A stretch of DNA of 32,000 nt, from assembly GCF_900079115.1 (NCBI RefSeq), contig NZ_LT549890.1, positions 2,100,001 to 2,132,000 on the forward strand. The letters are read 5' to 3'. Positions 18,965 through 28,743 of this stretch are shown piece by piece. Positions within the stretch are counted from its first letter, which is position 1, and each line of letters starts with the position of its first letter. A program made the position numbers and the translations under genes. A model generated the notes under the pieces. That model saw nothing but the letters and a program-made list of their open reading frames with translations. It searched no databases and had not been told where the DNA came from. The stretch is from Saccharolobus solfataricus (GTDB lineage Archaea; Thermoproteota; Thermoprotei_A; Sulfolobales; Sulfolobaceae).

Positions 18965-19849
18965 TTGATTTCAGGTAAAGTCCTAAGGAGAGTATCAATA
19001 ATTTTTCTTTTCAGTAGTATTTCTTTAATTCCAATATTTCTGTCAGAATTAATTGCTGGAATACTATTTAAATCATATGTGTTAATGGCAGATTCTTATC
19101 ATACATTAATAGACTTTTTAATGTCATTTATTTTTTATTTCACATTAATAAAGATAAATACTAGATCTAAAAGATTTCCTTGGGGACTCTATAATCTTGA
19201 AAGTCTTGTAGTCTTGACCGCGTCCATATTTATCGTATATTTATCAACAAATCTAATACTCAGTATGTTTGACAATGCTATAACTTTATCTATTTCCCCT
19301 TGGTATTCAATTATATTATTCGTAAGCAGTATTTATTCGCTAACGCTATTCTTAATAGAGAGGAGATACGTAGAGATTCAGATAGTAAAAAACGATATGA
19401 TTCACTCCTTATTGGATGGTGTAACTGAAGTAGTCTCAGGTGTAACTTTAATCTTACAAAATACAGTTTTAATGGACACAGTAACACTACTAATACTTGC
19501 ATTTACCTTAAGCGACGTAGTTAGGGAAATTAAGGATTCAATTGTCTCGATACTAGGTGCCTCAATTGACTCTCCGATGAAGTTTCAATTAATTAATGAA
19601 CTTAGGTCAAAGAATATACCTATAATTAACCTTTATTTAAAAAAATGTGGATCTTTCTACGCAGTATATACTTATATAGGTCTACCTAAAGATATAAGTT
19701 TAGAAAAAGCGTACAAGATTAAGAGAAAAACGAAAAGGATAATTAAGAAATATGATAATATAGCTTACGTTGACGTAATACTCGTACCTCTAACTGAGAT
19801 TAAGAAAAAGAAAATATTAGAGCAAGTCAATGTTCTTTACTCTAGGTAA
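18965..19849 (+). CDS. Cation diffusion facilitator (CDF) family metal efflux transporter
   Basis: TM2 motif LMADSYHTLIDF, a second motif IHSLLDGV in TM5, about six TM helices plus a C-terminal cytoplasmic domain. TTG start. Confidence 0.75.
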   Translation: MISGKVLRRVSIIFLFSSISLIPIFLSELIAGILFKSYVLMADSYHTLIDFLMSFIFYFTLIKINTRSKRFPWGLYNLESLVVLTASIFIVYLSTNLILSMFDNAITLSISPWYSIILFVSSIYSLTLFLIERRYVEIQIVKNDMIHSLLDGVTEVVSGVTLILQNTVLMDTVTLLILAFTLSDVVREIKDSIVSILGASIDSPMKFQLINELRSKNIPIINLYLKKCGSFYAVYTYIGLPKDISLEKAYKIKRKTKRIIKKYDNIAYVDVILVPLTEIKKKKILEQVNVLYSR

Positions 19850-20683
19850 TATTCCTTTTTCCTCAGTTATCTTAAAGAAGAACTCTAGTCCTCTCCTTAT
19901 CTCATCTACTGGAACATTGTACTCTTGTATATCAGCCCAGATCGTCTTTCTTACTATCTCTTCATCAAGGTCCGCCTTTTGTGCCTCTCTCATTATTTGT
20001 ACATCCTTTGGTATTATTTCATCTAAATGTTTTTCCGCGTACTTTTTACTTTTCTCATAAGTCTCTTTAAATCTGAGTGCCAGGTCTTTTCCAACTTCTT
20101 TAGAAATTACTACCATACCCATGGGCATTGGCGTATTGTTGGAAATAGTTTTCCACATATCCCACATACTGCCTATTCTAACTACAGAAATTCCCATTTT
20201 CCTTAAAGCATACATCATTTTTATCTCATGAACTGCCACTAGCACATCTCCCTCTTTTCCTAAGGCTTTAATTTCATCCAATACTCTTCTAACTATAATT
20301 AGTCTTCCGTATTTTCCAATAAGTAGCCTATATAATGTAAACGCAGTAGTGTTCGGTCCGTGAACAATTAACCTACTTCTCTTTATCTCGTCTTCACTCA
20401 TTTCCTTTATCGCCAAAATTGGCATACCGGTTATACCATCTACTGCAGTCGCTACAGCATTACTTAGAATGTAATAGTCATCTTGTATATATGGGTACAT
20501 TGCGACAGATGGAACTGAAACATCTACTTCTTTTTTCAATACTGCTTCATTAATGTCTTGAACAGTAGGTATTACTTCAAATTCTAGGTTAAACCCTTCT
20601 GGCTTAACTTTTCCCTCCATTAATGGTATAAAAGGATAGAGATCTCCAGAATCCGCTAGTGCACCGACTCTTATTGTTACCAT
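19817..20683 (-). CDS. MqnA/MqnD-like (VitK2_biosynth, periplasmic-binding-fold) protein
   Basis: By-eye alignment to the family pattern: ALADSGDLYPFIPL vs SPCPNDTF.F.AL, QDINEAVLKKEVDVSVPSVAMY vs DI..LN....G.LDV.K.S..AY, and HGPNTTAFTLYRLL vs PG..TTA..L. Confidence 0.5.
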   Translation of the reverse strand: MVTIRVGALADSGDLYPFIPLMEGKVKPEGFNLEFEVIPTVQDINEAVLKKEVDVSVPSVAMYPYIQDDYYILSNAVATAVDGITGMPILAIKEMSEDEIKRSRLIVHGPNTTAFTLYRLLIGKYGRLIIVRRVLDEIKALGKEGDVLVAVHEIKMMYALRKMGISVVRIGSMWDMWKTISNNTPMPMGMVVISKEVGKDLALRFKETYEKSKKYAEKHLDEIIPKDVQIMREAQKADLDEEIVRKTIWADIQEYNVPVDEIRRGLEFFFKITEEKGILPRVKNIDLL

Positions 20684-20787
20684 AGACTATATTTTAACAT
20701 AACGATATATAAGTGTAATTTAACATACGTCCATAATGCTTTCCATTAATAACTTATTAAAATGCTTGCAAATATTAACTTTACGAA

Positions 20788-21318
20788 ATGGTAACCATTG
20801 CCTTAGGTAGTAAAAACCCTGTAAAAATCAGTGCTACTAAGGAGGCATTGGAGATTTTAAGGTTGAATTGGGACTTAATAGCAACTGATATCGATAGTGG
20901 GGTAGATAAACAACCTTTTTGTGATCAAACGTATGTTGGTGCTAGAAATAGGGCATTGAACGCGATAAAGGCTACCAATGCAGATATAGGATTAGGGATA
21001 GAGGGAGGGGTTTGCAACGTCTACGGTAAGTTTATAGCAAATGCTGTTGTATATGTTATCACTAAAGAAGGTGTAGAGAACTTTGCAATTTCATCATCTT
21101 TTACCTTACCTAGTTCTATTGTTTCTTTAATACTTCAAGGAAAGGAATTGGGCGAAGCGTCAGATATTATTTTTAAAACTATTAATAGTAAGACTAAGGA
21201 AGGAGCTGTGGGACTATTAACTAATAATATAATTGATAGAAAAACACTTTATGTCCAACCTATTATTCTCGCATTATATCCAATTTATAATACAATTATC
21301 AATAATACTCTTTTTTAA
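20788..21318 (+). CDS. Non-canonical purine NTP phosphatase (inosine/xanthosine triphosphatase, YjjX/DUF84 family)
   Basis: The N-terminus [18 protein letters not shown] and internal IGLGIEGGV match the family. Length 176 aa. Confidence 0.75.
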   Translation: MVTIALGSKNPVKISATKEALEILRLNWDLIATDIDSGVDKQPFCDQTYVGARNRALNAIKATNADIGLGIEGGVCNVYGKFIANAVVYVITKEGVENFAISSSFTLPSSIVSLILQGKELGEASDIIFKTINSKTKEGAVGLLTNNIIDRKTLYVQPIILALYPIYNTIINNTLF

Positions 21319-21961
21319 CTAGTTTTATAAACAATTCACCTATCTCATGCAGTTTTACGGTCTCATGTTCTGAAGGTCTTGGAATTGTTGCTAGAAATAC
21401 TCCATAATCCTCGTGGTTTCCATCTTCATTATCACTCTTTGGTTCGCCATATATAGAAAATATTATAAAATCATCAACATTATTTAAAATTTTTCGTACT
21501 GCTGCATCTACTAATGAATAGATTTTACACTTTTCTGTAGCATCTTTGTGCAGAAGTCTATCTATAGCAGTTATAGAGGCCACAACTGGAGTTTCTTTCA
21601 CTGACTCCAAAACTATTTGTGTTACTTTATTAATTTCCTCTTCTGCATTCACTGAAGTGTCGTATGGAAGACTAAGTTTACCATAAGTCGGATTAGTTAT
21701 AGGCAAATTTATAGCTACTGCATTAGTTTCTCTAAGTAGTCTAGGTACTTCGCTATTCAAATTAACTTGTGACAGATCTTTTATATCCTTAAGCTCTAAT
21801 ACTGACATCCATGAAGTTTGTGGAAATTGTGGTTTTTTATTTAAAACCACTCCCCTATAAGTACTACTAAATAGTGTAAATAATGTCCTCGGGTTACATT
21901 TCATGAAACTAGTATAGCTTAACCCATCTATTCCTAGTAACAAAGGATTCATTTCTCTCAC
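21299..21961 (-). CDS. Hypothetical protein, possibly a distant alkaline-phosphatase/phosphodiesterase-superfamily relative
   Basis: 220-aa ORF. The only weak cue is [10 protein letters not shown] near the N-terminus. Confidence 0.35.
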   Translation of the reverse strand: MREMNPLLLGIDGLSYTSFMKCNPRTLFTLFSSTYRGVVLNKKPQFPQTSWMSVLELKDIKDLSQVNLNSEVPRLLRETNAVAINLPITNPTYGKLSLPYDTSVNAEEEINKVTQIVLESVKETPVVASITAIDRLLHKDATEKCKIYSLVDAAVRKILNNVDDFIIFSIYGEPKSDNEDGNHEDYGVFLATIPRPSEHETVKLHEIGELFIKLVKKEYY

Positions 21962-21964
21962 TTG

Positions 21965-22372
21965 TTACTCTAATAGGGACTTTAGTCTTACCTCTATTTC
22001 TTCTCTAGGTACTGCTCCTAATATTTGGTCTACAAGCTCTCCATTTTTAAAGAACATAATTGTCGGAAGACTCATTATTCCATATCTCATCGCAATATCT
22101 TGGCTCTCTTCAGTGTTTAATTTTCCAAATGCTACTTGAGGGTAGTCATTTGCAAGTTCTTCTATTACCGGAGCCAGTATTAAGCATGGCGCACACCATT
22201 CTGCCCAAAAGTCGACAACCACTATTTTGTTTTTAGTTATGAATTCATCAAAGTTTTTTGAATTGAGATGTTTTACTGGCTCTTTAACTTTCTCTTTTAA
22301 ATTATTGAGTATTTGAGTTGTTTTTTTAGAGAGGATTTTTTGTAATTCTGGGTCATTTAGTTCGTCATTCAT
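21965..22372 (-). CDS. trxA: Thioredoxin with an N-terminal extension of about 30 aa
   Basis: VVDFWAEWCAPCLILAP active site (CAPC) and the cis-Pro motif SLPTIMFF. Length 135 aa. Confidence 0.9.
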   Translation of the reverse strand: MNDELNDPELQKILSKKTTQILNNLKEKVKEPVKHLNSKNFDEFITKNKIVVVDFWAEWCAPCLILAPVIEELANDYPQVAFGKLNTEESQDIAMRYGIMSLPTIMFFKNGELVDQILGAVPREEIEVRLKSLLE

Positions 22373-22428
22373 AAGAGATTATATATAGTATTCATTTAAA
22401 AAGTTTTTATCATATAAAGAGATTAGAC

Positions 22429-23343
22429 ATGACAAAACTTGTAATTGTAGGCAGTGGAATAACAGGTTTAATTACTGCATTGAAATATGGTGGAGATGTG
22501 ATAATTTTAGAGAAGAACAAAATTGTTGCACATAATTCAAAAGCCAGTTTATGGTCAATTATTCCACCATTATGCGGTAACCACAGAGAAGATTGTGAAA
22601 AAGGTATAAGATTTTATGAAGAGATTTGCGAAAAATACGGTATCTATTGTAAAAAGACCCACGTTATTAGGGTCTCCAGTAAAAAGCTAGGTGGTAAGAT
22701 AATAGACAGAAAGGAAATAAGAAGTATAGAACCTCAATTGGATATAGAGGAAGCAGAACTTTTTGATGCTGGTCTCTTTGTGGAGGGGGATGAGCTATTT
22801 AATACACTTGGAACTGAATTTAACGTAGAGTCGAATTCCGAGGTTACGGATATAATAGTTAGAGATAATGAAATTAAATCTCTTATAACATCTAAGGGTG
22901 AGATAAAAGGAGAGTTTTATATTTTTGCTACCGGTTACCTAACTCCTAAATTATTCTCCAAATTAGGAATAGAGGTAAATCTATTTAAAGGACATTTAGT
23001 AATTACCAAAAAAACAAGTTTAAATGGAATATTGATCGTAAATGATAGAATTGCAGTTGAGGGCAAGAACTTATACTTAAATGGCGACTCTAAGCCAAAT
23101 TCCTCTTCAGCAGTAGATTATGATGAAATTTCTAAGACTATTAATGAAATCGCCAATGTACTAAAGATAGATACAAACAATCTAGAGATTAGGGTAGGAT
23201 TCAGAAGTGTAAGTAAAGATGGGGAACCAATTGTAAAGAAGATTTATTCAAATGGCATATTAATTACAGGTCATAGGTTTGGTTTTGCGTTAGCTCCAAT
23301 TCTTGCTGAGAAAGCTATACAGATGATCAAATATGGACATTAA
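22429..23343 (+). CDS. FAD-dependent oxidoreductase of the DAO family (glycine/D-amino-acid oxidase-like)
   Basis: KLVIVGSGITGLITAL dinucleotide motif, and the C-terminal ITGHRFGFALAPILAEKA typical of DAO-family enzymes. Length 304 aa. Confidence 0.7.
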   Translation: MTKLVIVGSGITGLITALKYGGDVIILEKNKIVAHNSKASLWSIIPPLCGNHREDCEKGIRFYEEICEKYGIYCKKTHVIRVSSKKLGGKIIDRKEIRSIEPQLDIEEAELFDAGLFVEGDELFNTLGTEFNVESNSEVTDIIVRDNEIKSLITSKGEIKGEFYIFATGYLTPKLFSKLGIEVNLFKGHLVITKKTSLNGILIVNDRIAVEGKNLYLNGDSKPNSSSAVDYDEISKTINEIANVLKIDTNNLEIRVGFRSVSKDGEPIVKKIYSNGILITGHRFGFALAPILAEKAIQMIKYGH

Positions 23344-24049
23344 GCTAGTTTATTCTACTTTGGATCCCGTAGGTGTGACGATAAAGAAATTGGGATATCG
23401 ATTCGAGGAAATAAATGAGGATGTAACTGATTTTCACTATGAGAATGGAGAAGCCATAGTAATCTTTTCCAGACATGAAAGTAAAGCAGGTATTCCCTCA
23501 CTTACCGTACATTATCCCGGAAATCCATCTGAAGAAATTATGGGTGGAGAACCTAAAAAGCTTGGAATAGCGTATCCTAGGCTACTTACCTCAATTTTAA
23601 GGGAAATTAAAAAGATCGATCTGAATATAGAGAAAACCATGGAAGCTACTCATCATGGCCCCACCTATCAAAATGTTCCAGTTATATTTGTGGAAGTAGG
23701 AAGTAATGAGACGTATTGGACTAACGACACAATAGTTAAAGCGCTAGTTGATTCAACTATAAGAAGTATTGATAAGGTAGATGAGATAGATTGTGAATAT
23801 TATATTTCAGGTTTTGGTGGACCTCACTATTCTAGGCTTTTTACTAAGCTAGCTGACGAGAGTTGCATAGGCCATGTGATTTCTAAGCACTATATTGATA
23901 AGTTAGATGATAAAGTTATAATTCAAACTATAACCAACTCAGTGAATACCATTAATAAAGTCGTAATCGATAGCTTAAACTCTAAGCAGAAAGAACGAAT
24001 TATAGCTTCACTAAAAAAATTAAATAATATTAATATCGAGTTTCGATAG
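23333..24049 (+). CDS. dtdA: D-aminoacyl-tRNA deacylase, archaeal type (DtdA)
   Basis: Length 238 aa. [14 protein letters not shown]-terminus, SRHES, TVHYPGN and ATHHGP motifs. Its start overlaps the upstream oxidase stop by 11 nt. Confidence 0.85.
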   Translation: MDIKLVYSTLDPVGVTIKKLGYRFEEINEDVTDFHYENGEAIVIFSRHESKAGIPSLTVHYPGNPSEEIMGGEPKKLGIAYPRLLTSILREIKKIDLNIEKTMEATHHGPTYQNVPVIFVEVGSNETYWTNDTIVKALVDSTIRSIDKVDEIDCEYYISGFGGPHYSRLFTKLADESCIGHVISKHYIDKLDDKVIIQTITNSVNTINKVVIDSLNSKQKERIIASLKKLNNINIEFR

Positions 24050-24646
24050 TATTTGTTGAGTTAATAATGGTGAACCTATACTAATGATTCTACAACTATC
24101 AATGTTATTATCACATCTTAAAATAGTAAAACTAGCATTTGGTATTCTAATTCCCCATCCACTGATATCATCCATGTCCAATAGGTATGTTATTATCGCT
24201 CTTATAGGATCAGAATGCGATACAGCAGTTATTATTCTGTTATCTTTGTTTATAACTGATTCGAGGAAACTTTTCATTCTCTTGGTAATATCTTCCCAAC
24301 TTTCTATTCCTTTAATCTCTATTTGTTTTTTGAAAACCTTTAGCTTCCAGTGGTCGTTTGGATCGAAAGAGGTATTGTTCAGTTCCCCTAGAAACCTTTC
24401 TCTTAATCTTTGATCCACTATTGGTAAAGTTCCTAAGACTTCACCTATAATTAGTGCAGTCTGATATGCTCTCAGAACTGGACTTGTGTAGATTTTTTCA
24501 ACTTTCAATTTAGTGAGCTCTTTTCCAGCTTCTTTTGCCTGGTTTATACCCTCTTCTGTGAGAGGATAAGTGTTAGTATCATGACTAAGTATTTTACTAA
24601 CGTTAGAGGTGCTTTGTCCGTGTCTAATGAAAATTATTATAGTCAT
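24020..24646 (-). CDS. Histidine phosphatase / phosphoglycerate-mutase-family protein
   Basis: [11 protein letters not shown] (RHG motif) directly after the ATG at 24646 (the track start at 24670 is a GTG 8 codons upstream), plus a later SHSD. It overlaps the dtdA 3' end convergently by 30 nt. Confidence 0.8.
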   Translation of the reverse strand: MTIIIFIRHGQSTSNVSKILSHDTNTYPLTEEGINQAKEAGKELTKLKVEKIYTSPVLRAYQTALIIGEVLGTLPIVDQRLRERFLGELNNTSFDPNDHWKLKVFKKQIEIKGIESWEDITKRMKSFLESVINKDNRIITAVSHSDPIRAIITYLLDMDDISGWGIRIPNASFTILRCDNNIDSCRIISIGSPLLTQQILSKLDINII

Positions 24647-24713
24647 CACATAGTTGTTATATTTCTCCACTTATTAGTTTAAACTTAAATATCATCATGA
24701 GAATAGGAGTAAT

Positions 24714-25691
24714 GTGGTTTCATTATTCAAAAGGAACAAACATTCACTAAATTCCAGTACAAATTTAAGACTACTCTTTACCTCAGATCTTCATGCATCT
24801 TATACAGTCTTCAAAAAGTTCATAAATGCTGGAAAAATCTACAAGGTCAATGCTTTGATAATAGGGGGAGATATAGCTGGTAAGGTACTATTGCCTATTA
24901 TTGATCTTGGAAATAATAGTTATAATGTTCAAGAAAAGATTGTAACATCAAGCGAATTAAATAGTCTAATAGAAAGGTTTAAAAGCGAAGGGACTTATTA
25001 TGCCATATTAAGCAAAGGTGAATATGAGGAGGCCTCTCAAAATAAAAAAGCTCAAGACGAATTATTTAAGAAGGCAATTATAGAGACTCTTCATGAATGG
25101 ATTAAAATTGCAGAGGAGAGATTGAAGGATTATAAAATACCCATTTTTATAAACCTTGGGAACGATGATCCAGAATATCTCTTTGATGTATTAAAGGAAA
25201 GCGAGATATTTAAAGTTGGAGAAGGTGAGGTTTTTGATCTTAATGGTTACGAAATTGTATCGTACGGTTACGTTAATCCAACACCTTGGAATACGTTTAG
25301 GGAGAAGAAGGAAGAGGATATTTATAGTGACTTAAGTAAGATAGTGTCAAAAATAAATAATTACTCAAAAGCTATTTATAACTTTCATGCTCCTCCTTAC
25401 AATACTAATTTGGATAATGCTCCGCTTTTAGATGAGAACCTAAAGCCCATAATCAGAGGAGGTGAGATCGTATACACACATGTCGGTTCTAAATCAATAA
25501 GGAAAATCATTGAGGAAACTAAGCCATTATTAGGATTACACGGACATATTCATGAATCGAGAGGTTTTGATAAAATTAACAATACGATAGTTATTAATCC
25601 AGGTAGTGAGTATAGTAGTGGTCTTCTTCATGCTGCTCTAGTAGTATTAGAAGGAGAATTTATTAAGGCTCATCAATTTATCTTAGGTTAG
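24714..25691 (+). CDS. Calcineurin-like metallophosphoesterase
   Basis: Motifs [25 protein letters not shown] and HGHIHES. Length 325 aa. GTG start. Confidence 0.8.
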   Translation: MVSLFKRNKHSLNSSTNLRLLFTSDLHASYTVFKKFINAGKIYKVNALIIGGDIAGKVLLPIIDLGNNSYNVQEKIVTSSELNSLIERFKSEGTYYAILSKGEYEEASQNKKAQDELFKKAIIETLHEWIKIAEERLKDYKIPIFINLGNDDPEYLFDVLKESEIFKVGEGEVFDLNGYEIVSYGYVNPTPWNTFREKKEEDIYSDLSKIVSKINNYSKAIYNFHAPPYNTNLDNAPLLDENLKPIIRGGEIVYTHVGSKSIRKIIEETKPLLGLHGHIHESRGFDKINNTIVINPGSEYSSGLLHAALVVLEGEFIKAHQFILG

Positions 25692-25834
25692 TTCATGTAG
25701 GGGCTACTTAGTCTCTTTAATGCCTTTTCAAATTCTAACTCCATGGGTAGCCTTTATGAATTAGGAAAAGTTAGGCAATTTCGGGTCTAAGTGATGACCA
25801 ATACTTTTTTTAAGGTTCGCACTTTCTTCTATTT

Positions 25835-26161
25835 ATGATTATATTTTATGCAATTGGTGAAAGGGAAAGAGCAAAAGAATTGGTTAGAATAATAACAAAA
25901 ACTAGGTGGAAGACAATATCAAAGCACGCAATAAAGATAGCTAGTTCCTCAATTGGTCCTTCTGTAGTCATATTTAAGCCAACTATGGCAGGTTTGGCTG
26001 TAGCACTATGGTTAAAACAAAGAGCGGAAGAATTGGGCATGACTTCCGCAGTTGGATGGTTCCAGCCTATAAATCAGATACCTCCACAAGTTGAAGATGC
26101 TATAAGAACAGATTTAAACAAGATACTTATGAAAAAACTGGAAATTCCATGGTCCCCATAA
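25835..26161 (+). CDS. Hypothetical protein
   Basis: 108-aa ORF that ends 1 nt before the convergent ATPase stop. No motif recognised. Confidence 0.4.
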   Translation: MIIFYAIGERERAKELVRIITKTRWKTISKHAIKIASSSIGPSVVIFKPTMAGLAVALWLKQRAEELGMTSAVGWFQPINQIPPQVEDAIRTDLNKILMKKLEIPWSP

Positions 26162-26162
26162 T

Positions 26163-27926
26163 TTAGCTAGAGAGTTCTATTTGCTTGGGTGGCAATGTCT
26201 TTATCTCAGTGTTCTCACTGCTTCTAGTCACAATTACGTAGTCCGCAATTTCGGTTAGATATTCTAGTAGCCTGTTAAATCTTTTCTGGTCAAATGTCAT
26301 TGCAGACTCGTCAATTATGAAGTATGGAGTCTTGAAATATGCTCTTAATGCGCTTAACACCAATATTAAAGCTAATGTAGTTCTCTCTGATGATGACAAC
26401 TTCTTTATATCAATTATGGCTCCTTTCCTTTTTACAATTAATCTGTAATTACCGTCAATTTCAGCATCCATATCAAATTCGAATCTCTTTAGTAATTGAT
26501 TAGCTATTCTGTTAAATTCTTCTCTGGCCTTTGTTAGCCTCCTTATGTATTCTACTTGTAATTCATCTACTTTCTTCTGTAATTGTTCTATATGCTCCTC
26601 TTTTTCTTTCAACTCCTCTAGGATAGAGGATGGTATTCCCAATAGTTGAAGTTCGTATTCGTACTCTTCTCTTTTCTTTCTTAGCTCCTCTATTCTCTTT
26701 AAAATACTTGCACTATCATCATTAGTGGCTATTGCACCTGACAAGGATTCAGATTTACTAAACCTCTCTTCAGTTTCTCTTCTCTGTCTCTCTAAATCGT
26801 CTATTTGGAACTTAACAGAACCTATCCTATTAATTAACTCTTCCTTTTTAGCCTTTAATTTTGCAATTTCATTCTCTAGAGTCTGTAACTCCTTTAATCT
26901 AAGGTCGATTTCTTCTTTCCTTTTCTGTAATCCTATTATATCATTACGCAAACTGTCCAAGAGCGAGGTTTTATCTCTTAATTCCCTTGATATTATTTCA
27001 GCTCTTTCTTTCCATATACTCGGATCTACTTTGCTTCCACAGACATTGCATGTATCTAAATGATGTCTATCACTTTCGTTTACTTCTTCTAATACACGTT
27101 CAAGTACTTTGAGTTCTATTTCTAATTCAGATCTATCATTAGTTTTCAGTTTAAGCTTCTCATTTATTTCTTCCATCTCTTTTTCGAGTTGAGTCTTTAT
27201 GTCGGGAGATACTTTACTCTCCTTATTTTGTATCTCTTCCTCTATTTTCTTTAATGCAAATTCCAAATTCGCTAATTCATCTTTCTTAACTTTTATCTTG
27301 TTCAAGATTTCATTTATTTTATTCTGTCTAGTTAGTGTTATTGTGTATGTAGTTTTAGCTACTATATTACTACTGCTTTCCCTTTCCTTCTCTAGCTTGT
27401 CTATCTCTTCGTCTATTGCCCTTATTTTAGCTTGTATTTCTCTAATGTTATTATATTTCTTTTGTAACTCATCTCTAGCATTTATCTCAGCTGTTAAGAG
27501 TTTCTGTAATTCTTCTTTTTTAGCTTTTATTTCATTTATTTTTGATGTTGTAGATATAAACCACTCTACGTTACCATCTCCAGACAATATTTGAGTTACC
27601 AATCTATTCTCTGGAGAGAAATATGTTAGTAGTAAAGCTCTATCGTCATCCATTATTAGATTTTTCTCTTCGCCTAATCCGTTCCTTATCCTTTTTATCC
27701 TCCTATAGTATAGTTTATTATCTAATTCTGCTTCTACGTAACCACTATCTGCAAATACGTTAAGTAGATCTTCTGCCTTAATACTAGATGTTAATAGAGA
27801 TATCAAAGATCTTACTAGCGATGTCTTACCATATGCGTTTGGTGCTTCGTAAGATGTTACTCCTTTCTCTAGCTCAAGACTATATTCTTGTGTTATACCA
27901 CCTATATTAAATACTCTAACCTTCAT
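26163..27926 (-). CDS. Compact Rad50/SMC-superfamily ATPase with long coiled coil and central CxxC hook
   Basis: Walker A APNAYGKTS (residues 28-36), ABC signature-like LSSSERTTL, Walker B YFIIDES, and about 350 aa of E/K/L-rich heptad sequence. CNVC at residues 293-296 of 587 (nt 27039-27050) is the exact midpoint. Confidence 0.8.
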   Translation of the reverse strand: MKVRVFNIGGITQEYSLELEKGVTSYEAPNAYGKTSLVRSLISLLTSSIKAEDLLNVFADSGYVEAELDNKLYYRRIKRIRNGLGEEKNLIMDDDRALLLTYFSPENRLVTQILSGDGNVEWFISTTSKINEIKAKKEELQKLLTAEINARDELQKKYNNIREIQAKIRAIDEEIDKLEKERESSSNIVAKTTYTITLTRQNKINEILNKIKVKKDELANLEFALKKIEEEIQNKESKVSPDIKTQLEKEMEEINEKLKLKTNDRSELEIELKVLERVLEEVNESDRHHLDTCNVCGSKVDPSIWKERAEIISRELRDKTSLLDSLRNDIIGLQKRKEEIDLRLKELQTLENEIAKLKAKKEELINRIGSVKFQIDDLERQRRETEERFSKSESLSGAIATNDDSASILKRIEELRKKREEYEYELQLLGIPSSILEELKEKEEHIEQLQKKVDELQVEYIRRLTKAREEFNRIANQLLKRFEFDMDAEIDGNYRLIVKRKGAIIDIKKLSSSERTTLALILVLSALRAYFKTPYFIIDESAMTFDQKRFNRLLEYLTEIADYVIVTRSSENTEIKTLPPKQIELSS

Positions 27927-27979
27927 CTAGTGGTATTAAAGATAAACTAGTATAAAAATTCTCTCCTACTGTCTAGTTA

Positions 27980-27996
27980 AGTGTGGACAACAATTT
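27980..27996. repeat. Left terminal inverted repeat of the IS6-family element
   Basis: AGTGTGGACAACAATTT is the exact reverse complement of 28743-28759. Confidence 0.9.
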
Positions 27997-28049
27997 TCTT
28001 AATTTAAAATAAATTGTGTAAATTGTTTTTGCGCGTGGAATAAGTCCTT

Positions 28050-28743
28050 TTGTTTAGCGTAATATCTTTTTGGGTGAGCAGAGGATTTTTCTTGGTGAGC
28101 AAATCATGGACAAATGAAGTAGCCGCGCTCACTCAAGTTATTTTAACCTTAATGGAGTATATTAACCTTAAGCCTAGGTTTCACGTTAGGGAGGAGATTG
28201 CTTTAAGCTTAGCGAGTTATCTAGCTGACTTATCCTCTTGGAGGACTACGTTGTTCCACTTCACCTTACTTTATGAGAGGCTTGGTAGCCTCAGATATGC
28301 CGTATCCTTGAGTTACGCCATTGACGAGACTAAGGTTACTTGCGTTAGGGGTAATTACTACGTTTGGGTTATTAGGGAGGTTGTAGCTAAAGCTATTTCC
28401 TTCTTCATGGTAACAAGCTTGAGGAGTGGTTTTCACGTAGTTATCATGAGGGGATTGCGAGTAAGTACTTTAGAATAGGGTAGTTTACTTGCACGATGGT
28501 TTATCAGTTTACAATGCCTTTGATTGGTTTAATGTTGGGCACAAGAGGGTTACGTTAGGCGATTACACTGAAGAAGGGTCTAGGAAATTAAAGCATAGAG
28601 TCTCTTCAATGGACTTCGCTTGTAATTCCAATAAGTTAATGAGTTGGTTCTCGACCTTCTTCTTAATCTACAACCTCCTTTACATTCAAGTGTATTTAGT
28701 GGATAAGGGAGTGATGATAAATGCAAACATTTCAACTACATGA
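28050..28743 (+). pseudogene. IS6-family DDE transposase split by a frameshift (142-aa and 84-aa pieces)
   Basis: AIDETKVTCVRGNYYVWVIRE matches the IS6 DETxxK..G...Y motif (second D). HDGLSVYNAFDWF...H and ...EEGSRKLKHRVSSM fit the third acidic-residue region. The first frame stops at 28476-28478 and the second frame only opens at 28474, a +1 shift. The two pieces together give about 230 aa, the normal IS6 transposase size. Confidence 0.7.

Noticed and set aside
24714-27926. I considered whether the metallophosphoesterase (24714..25691) and the Rad50-like ATPase (26163..27926) form an Mre11/Rad50- or SbcCD-like pair.
   Set aside because: The genes are on opposite strands (convergent) and separated by another ORF. 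The phosphoesterase has GNDD instead of the Mre11 GNHD motif and lacks a recognisable Mre11 capping or DNA-binding region. A functional pairing is not supported.
28474-28478. I considered programmed +1 recoding in the IS6 transposase.
   Set aside because: IS6-family transposases are normally made from a single uninterrupted frame, and there is no obvious slippery or stimulatory context beyond the stop codon. A mutational frameshift (pseudogene) or a sequencing error is the simpler explanation. It is kept only as a remark in the IS finding.
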